From an uncultured Nitrososphaerota archaeon (GTDB lineage Archaea; Asgardarchaeota; Njordarchaeia; Njordarchaeales; Njordarchaeaceae), in NCBI GenBank assembly GCA_964518475.1, contig CAZFGR010000001.1:234062-254061 (forward strand): DNA of 20,000 bases, given 5' to 3'. Below the pieces are notes generated by a model that saw nothing but the letters and a program-made list of their open reading frames with translations, was not told the DNA's origin and did no database searches. Shown in pieces: positions 15,889-20,000 of this stretch. The position numbers and the translations under genes were made by a program. Every line of letters begins with the position of its first letter. Position 1 is the first letter of the stretch.

Positions 15889-15928
15889 GATATTTTGAAT
15901 AAAAGAAGACGCGACGAGGTGATAAGAT

Positions 15929-16336
15929 ATGTCAAGTACTAAAGAAGATCCTCTAAAGATAGGTATTGTTTACATTTACGCAAGCAAGAATAATACGATA
16001 GTTCACATAACGGACGCGACAGGCGCTGAAACGATATCTAGAAAAAGTGGTGGTATGTTTACAGATGCTGATAGAAACAAGCCCACTCCTTGGGTTGCCA
16101 TGCTAGTAGCTAAGGCAGCGGCAGAAGAAGCGCGAGCCGCTGGTATTACGCGAGTTATTGTTAGGGTTAGAGGTATTGGAGGGAATAGATCCCCTCAACC
16201 AAATAACAGGGCAGCTAGTGCTGCTATTAAAGCTCTCGTGAGAGCAGGGTTAAGAATTATATCAATTGAAGATGTCACACCGATACCTCATGATAGCATC
16301 CGTAAACCTGGAGGTAGGAGAGGTAGAAGAGTCTAA
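15929..16336 (+). CDS. rps11: 30S ribosomal protein S11 (uS11)
   Basis: The motifs [25 protein letters not shown] and [22 protein letters not shown] are present. Confidence 0.92.
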   Translation: MSSTKEDPLKIGIVYIYASKNNTIVHITDATGAETISRKSGGMFTDADRNKPTPWVAMLVAKAAAEEARAAGITRVIVRVRGIGGNRSPQPNNRAASAAIKALVRAGLRIISIEDVTPIPHDSIRKPGGRRGRRV

Positions 16337-17013
16337 TGGGTGATCATAATATGAGTAGTAGGGGGCGTTTAAGAAGAAAAAGAAAATTCTGGATAACAGT
16401 CTACGCGCCAGAATTGCTTGGTGGTACAAACAGACCTTTAGCTAAGGTTCTTTGCTCAGAACCAGAGGATTTAATCAATAGAATCGTATTGGTGAAAGGT
16501 ATCGAGTTTACAAAGGATTTTGAGGATAGAGGAATGAACCTATATTTCAGAATTGTCAAGGTAACCCCTAGCGGTGCATTTACTACGTTAATAGGACATG
16601 ACTATGTTCGAGAAGTGATATCATCAAAGGTCAGACGGAGAATGTCACGTGTAGAAATAATAACCCATGTTTATACGAAAGATGGACACAGAGTGAAAGT
16701 AAGTATACTAGCTATGACTGCTCATAGATGCAAAGAAATCCATAAGAAATTGATTAGAAAAATCTTTGAGGAATTCCTTATTACAAAGGCGAAAGAATAT
16801 AGTTACGAAGAATTCATTTATCACCTAGCCATTGCTAAGACGTGGCATGCAGAAATGATAAGACTAGCGCATAAGATTTACCCATTGAGAGAATTCTTAA
16901 TCTATAAAAGTCGGGCTGAGACGGTTATAGTCCCGAGTGATGAAATAGAAAAAGCTGTCGAACAAAAAGAAGAGATAGGGAGAAGGGCCGAAACGTTTAC
17001 TGCGAGGAGATAA
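16336..17013 (+). CDS. rps3ae: 30S ribosomal protein S3Ae (eS1)
   Basis: The motifs RKRKFWITVYAP, VRRRMSRVEIITHVYTKDGHRVKV and HKIYPLREFLIYKS are colinear with archaeal S3Ae. Its ATG overlaps the S11 stop codon (TAATG). Confidence 0.85.
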   Translation: MGDHNMSSRGRLRRKRKFWITVYAPELLGGTNRPLAKVLCSEPEDLINRIVLVKGIEFTKDFEDRGMNLYFRIVKVTPSGAFTTLIGHDYVREVISSKVRRRMSRVEIITHVYTKDGHRVKVSILAMTAHRCKEIHKKLIRKIFEEFLITKAKEYSYEEFIYHLAIAKTWHAEMIRLAHKIYPLREFLIYKSRAETVIVPSDEIEKAVEQKEEIGRRAETFTARR

Positions 17014-17016
17014 TCT

Positions 17017-17307
17017 TTACCCTTTTTTAGCTAATATTATCTCTATTGTGCTTATTCTATCAATTCTACCTTCTGGATTTTTAACAGTACTAGTACCGAT
17101 TTTCACAGATTCTATTTCTACTAAATTCTTCAGGTATCTGGTTCTCAGGATTTCGGCTACATCTACAGCTCTGCTAATTCCAGCACCTCGTGCACATATC
17201 CTAATCTTCTTTGTATCCTTATTCATAATCATACTCATTGCTGTTACAATATAATTCATAAGACCCTTGCGACCAATAAATATCGTTGGGATTTCCTCAG
17301 CTCTCAT
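17017..17307 (-). CDS. albA: DNA/RNA-binding chromatin protein Alba
   Basis: The motifs IFIGRKGLMNYIVTAM...KIRICARGAGISRAVDVAEILR and RISTIEIIL are present. GGAGGTG lies 10 nt upstream of ATG 17307; the track start at 17331 is a GTG. Confidence 0.88.
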   Translation of the reverse strand: MRAEEIPTIFIGRKGLMNYIVTAMSMIMNKDTKKIRICARGAGISRAVDVAEILRTRYLKNLVEIESVKIGTSTVKNPEGRIDRISTIEIILAKKG

Positions 17308-17503
17308 CAAACCAGAACACCTCCGAAACACGCATGGATATTATTTTTCGCCTAAGTCTGATAATCCAAGACGTGTGGATCGCACGCATAGAAGATATGT
17401 TAAATAGAGATACAAATAGGTTTTGCTATAATAAAAAGTTGAATCCAATATGCTTCTCACGCTGTATACTTGGCCTTTTTAATTATTTATTCTATTCTTC
17501 TAA

Positions 17504-18454
17504 TCAATCCCCGCCTATTAATCTCCTAGCACCGTCTTTGCTGATGATTACTGTATCTTCTGCTTGAGCTACAAAGCTGTTCTCTTTCTCTACAAGGACT
17601 GGATATGATATTAGAATACCCGTCATGTCCAATGCTGCTAGGCCTATTCGAATATCTTCTTTTCTAAATTTTTTAAGTAACCATCTTGTAGTAAAGGGCA
17701 ACCCCTTTCTATTATTGTAAACATACCTGAGAATCTCTCGTGCTATCCTTATATGCAACGGCAGTCGGCGAGGAATTTCAGGCAATATACTATATATCCG
17801 CACATCATCGGAAGCTCTTGCATACCCCTCTCCATTTGTCACAAAAATCTCTACAGCATAGACTTCCTTTTCCTCTATGCGCCCTGGGCTTCTGACGATT
17901 GAGGACGTGGGAACTTCTTTCTCTCCATGTAATACATATTGATCGAGAAGATGACCATTGAGATTTCGAATGACTTTAAACCCACTTTCCTTTACCGTAT
18001 CTTCTATAATCCCTCCTATATGTGATAGTTCAACTCCTGGTTTCATTGACTCAATAGCCTTATTGAGTGCCTCTTTGGCAATTCTAATCATTTCCATTTT
18101 CTCATCGTCATCACCAAAGTAGAATGTTAATGCTCTGTCAACAGGGTAACCATCAACATGTACTCCAAAGTCTATTTTTACCAACATCTCTTCGGTTATT
18201 TCTGTCGTCTCTTCGGGTAATGGTGTATAATGAGCGGCTACATTATTAATGCAAACGTTAACTGGAAACGCTGGATGACCTCCCCTGCTCCTTATCTCCT
18301 CTTCTATTTTCTCGGCTATATCCAATATTCTTTGTCCCGGTTGGATAATGTTTGCGATAACTTCTTTCTCTACGCTTTTTGCGATTTCAGCAGCTTTGAT
18401 GTATTTTTTTAATGCCTCTTCGCGGTTCTCTGGAGTATTTTCCAAAATTCTCAC
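17504..18454 (-). CDS. map: Methionine aminopeptidase, type 2 (archaeal)
   Basis: The motifs GGHPAFPVNVCINNVAAHYTP, IDFGVHVDGYPVDRALT, NGHLLDQYVLHG and a MetAP2-type insert are present. Confidence 0.88.
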   Translation of the reverse strand: MRILENTPENREEALKKYIKAAEIAKSVEKEVIANIIQPGQRILDIAEKIEEEIRSRGGHPAFPVNVCINNVAAHYTPLPEETTEITEEMLVKIDFGVHVDGYPVDRALTFYFGDDDEKMEMIRIAKEALNKAIESMKPGVELSHIGGIIEDTVKESGFKVIRNLNGHLLDQYVLHGEKEVPTSSIVRSPGRIEEKEVYAVEIFVTNGEGYARASDDVRIYSILPEIPRRLPLHIRIAREILRYVYNNRKGLPFTTRWLLKKFRKEDIRIGLAALDMTGILISYPVLVEKENSFVAQAEDTVIISKDGARRLIGGD

Positions 18455-18461
18455 CGATAGT

Positions 18462-18887
18462 TTACTCTCTCGCTCTCTTCAAGGACACTATCTTCGGTTT
18501 TCCAAGCATTATCCAGTACTCAACATAAGTTCCTGGCTCAATTTTACTTCTGAGATTCTCATCGTCTGGCATTCTCATTTCTATAACTTCATATGTCTCA
18601 CTATCCATAACTTCCACGGTATCCCCCATCACGTTTATCACTTGTCCTTCGCGCTTTGAAATAACAGGTATAGGTATCTTGTCGCTCACCGGCTTAATAA
18701 TCGTTCTTTTTACTCCATCAAATATTCCTACAGCAACTATTCTTGCCTTGGCACTACCATGCTTGCCAGGTTTACTCTTCGATATTGAAACAACTTTGCT
18801 TGGTTCTCCATCCACGACAATATAGTGTCCTTCCTTTATCTTAGAGACGGGCACGTATTTAACATCACCAGATATTTCCTCTGCCAT
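18462..18887 (-). CDS. eif5a: Translation initiation factor 5A (aIF5A)
   Basis: The sequence GHYIVVDGEPSKVVSISKSKPGKHGSAKARIVAVGIFDG includes the hypusine loop KPGKHG. GGTGA lies 5 nt upstream of ATG 18887. The gene ends 7 nt upstream of map. Confidence 0.9.
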   Translation of the reverse strand: MAEEISGDVKYVPVSKIKEGHYIVVDGEPSKVVSISKSKPGKHGSAKARIVAVGIFDGVKRTIIKPVSDKIPIPVISKREGQVINVMGDTVEVMDSETYEVIEMRMPDDENLRSKIEPGTYVEYWIMLGKPKIVSLKRARE

Positions 18888-19060
18888 ACTACTCACCAAT
18901 TTTTTGATCTCTTAATAAGGCTTTCCTTAACCACTTATTTGAATATTCGGGATAGAGACTTTATTACCCATTAAGTTTTACAATAATGTTTTCAAGAATA
19001 ATTAGGGAAGACACTTTTTGTCAGAGCTTATTCGTTAATGTCATCTAAAGAAAACAAAAG

Positions 19061-19068
19061 TTTATAAA
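19061..19068 (+). promoter_or_regulatory. TATA box (TTTATAAA) with a purine-rich BRE-like upstream segment
   Basis: The sequence is AAAACAAAAG-TTTATAAA, about 33-40 nt upstream of ATG 19102 and about 75 nt upstream of ATG 19141. Confidence 0.45.
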
Positions 19069-19140
19069 TGCTTCAAGAAGTCTATCAACATACTCAATGC
19101 TATGTTTTTTAGTTCACAATCTATAAAACGAGGCCCCCGT

Positions 19141-19410
19141 ATGGTTAAGTTTTGCCCTAAATGCGGATCAATAATGAGTATAAAGAAAGAAAATAACAAG
19201 CTTTTCGCCTATTGTAATGTATGTGGCTTTTCCACAGAGATTACTAAAAACAAAAAAGAGAGAGTAACTGGCCTTACACCATCAGAAATTCGAGAGGAAA
19301 CAGCCGTTAAACAAGGAATAATTAAGGAGAGACCTGCTAAGAAAGTTTCGATAGACGAAGATACAATAAAGGAAGCATTAGAACTCTTAAGCTCCTCTGA
19401 ATCAGATTAA
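19141..19410 (+). CDS. Small C4 zinc-ribbon protein (resembles the TFS/RpoM N-terminal ribbon or Elf1) with an acidic C-terminus
   Basis: The sequence MVKFCPKCGSIMSIKKENNKLFAYCNVCGFS forms a CxxC-N17-CxxC ribbon. There is no second C-terminal ribbon, and the tail ends ELLSSSESD. GAGG lies 7 nt upstream of ATG 19141; ATG 19102 is an alternative start. Confidence 0.5.
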   Translation: MVKFCPKCGSIMSIKKENNKLFAYCNVCGFSTEITKNKKERVTGLTPSEIREETAVKQGIIKERPAKKVSIDEDTIKEALELLSSSESD

Positions 19411-19461
19411 ACATTCTTGGAAGTGTACTAAAAAATGATGTTGACTCGATGTTATGCCTGT

Positions 19462-19470
19462 CTTTATAAA
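19462..19470 (+). promoter_or_regulatory. TATA box candidate (CTTTATAAA) for the downstream AAA+ ATPase gene
   Basis: This is a consensus-like archaeal TATA element about 80 nt upstream of ATG 19551. Confidence 0.4.
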
Positions 19471-19490
19471 TTATAACTCATTATAACTCA
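19471..19490 (+). repeat. Perfect tandem direct repeat, 2 x TTATAACTCA
   Basis: The repeat was read directly from the sequence. It abuts the TATA box on its downstream side, where archaeal repressors commonly bind. Confidence 0.6.
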
Positions 19491-19550
19491 TTCTTTTTAG
19501 TAAGTCACATTTTTATTCCATCGACGCCACCTATTAAACAAAAAAGTTTC

Positions 19551-20000
19551 ATGCCTCTGGGAGATGCCTTAATGCACTTTAATAAAGAGAAAGTACATAG
19601 AGAACCACAATTTATCTATCATGATAAGATAACTCAGTTCTATTCTGAGCTTTTTAAGAGATGGTATACTGATGATAGAAACCTAAAAGATCTTATAATT
19701 TCTTCAATTCTCGTTAGGGACTCAAAAGTCTTATTAATAGGACCTCCCGAGGCTGGAAAAACTACTCTTATCCGTCTTATAGCTAAAGGCTTATCTAAAA
19801 AATCTAATAATCCAAGCAATGGTGAGGAAATAATATATGCCAAAGTCATTGGTGCACCCGAGAAAACCCTTCAAAAAGTTTTAGTCACTACCAATATTAC
19901 TAAGCTTCTCCGCGAAGGAGAGGAAGAATTCATAGTTAGGCCTATCGTTAAAGCACGCGTAAAATTCATCAACGAGATAAACCGATTTAGTAAAGCTGTA
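19551..20000 (+). CDS. MoxR-like AAA+ ATPase, N-terminal part (runs off the window end)
   Basis: Not in the ORF track because it has no stop codon in the window. My translation is MPLGDALMHFNKEKVHREPQFIYHDKITQFYSELFKRWYTDDRNLKDLIISSILVRDSKVLLIGPPEAGKTTLIRLIAKGL...VKFINEINRFSKAV. It has a Walker A motif (GPPEAGKT) and a MoxR-type Walker B (INEINR). Confidence 0.55.
   Translation, partial: MPLGDALMHFNKEKVHREPQFIYHDKITQFYSELFKRWYTDDRNLKDLIISSILVRDSKVLLIGPPEAGKTTLIRLIAKGLSKKSNNPSNGEEIIYAKVIGAPEKTLQKVLVTTNITKLLREGEEEFIVRPIVKARVKFINEINRFSKAV

Noticed and set aside
17286-17567. Track ORF of 93 aa spanning the Alba/map intergenic region, plus the antisense ORFs 17048-17254, 18230-18412 and 18348-18659
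   Set aside because: All overlap well-supported minus-strand genes (Alba, map, aIF5A) on the opposite strand and show no motifs. The direct repeat ATGCGTG, present twice in the Alba upstream region, was noted but is too short to interpret.
19640-19849. Track ORF of 69 aa on the minus strand
   Set aside because: It is antisense to the plus-strand MoxR-like ATPase ORF (Walker A and B present), which the track omits only because it has no stop codon in the window.
1-20000. Searched for CRISPR arrays, transposases or integrases, long terminal or direct repeats, inteins and frameshifted genes
   Set aside because: None was seen. The only repeats are the short elements reported above, and all identified genes appear intact.

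Overview
This is an AT-rich archaeal chromosomal core region. The coding DNA is AT-rich while the stable RNAs are very GC-rich, and the gene set (Alba, aIF5A, PCNA, TFB/TBP, eS1, eS28, eL24, L7Ae) points to a hyperthermophilic Thermoproteota/TACK-type organism. I can support about 27 protein genes. They include ribosomal proteins (L11; L7Ae-S28e-L24e; S13-S4-S11-S3Ae), a UPF0147 protein, PCNA, AsnRS and a four-subunit 2-oxoacid:ferredoxin oxidoreductase (gamma-delta-alpha-beta). Also present are archaeal DTD2, TFB followed by an atypical TBP, an OB-fold protein, MTAP, Alba, MetAP2, aIF5A, a Zn-ribbon protein and a MoxR-like ATPase that runs off the right edge. Two small GTPases occur, one MglA-like and one Rab/Ras-like, and a Clp1-like kinase fragment runs off the left edge. 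RNA genes are an intron-containing tRNA-Ile(GAU) and a 5S rRNA. The standout is the 5S rRNA gene (4978-5143, minus strand), which is circularly permuted. Its 3' half is encoded before its 5' half, and the normal 5'/3' termini (helix I) are capped by a UUAAA loop. The new termini lie in the helix III AA-bulge and are clamped by a 13-bp GC helix carrying a bulge-helix-bulge-like motif. Cutting that motif and ligating the ends would exactly rebuild the conserved CCGAACACGGAAGCUAAGCC block. Secondary observations are a weak box C/D sRNA candidate next to the 5S gene, the TFB-TBP pair with an insertion in TBP, two eukaryote-like or bacterial-like small GTPases, and a few candidate operator repeats. 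I saw no CRISPR arrays, transposases or other mobile elements.
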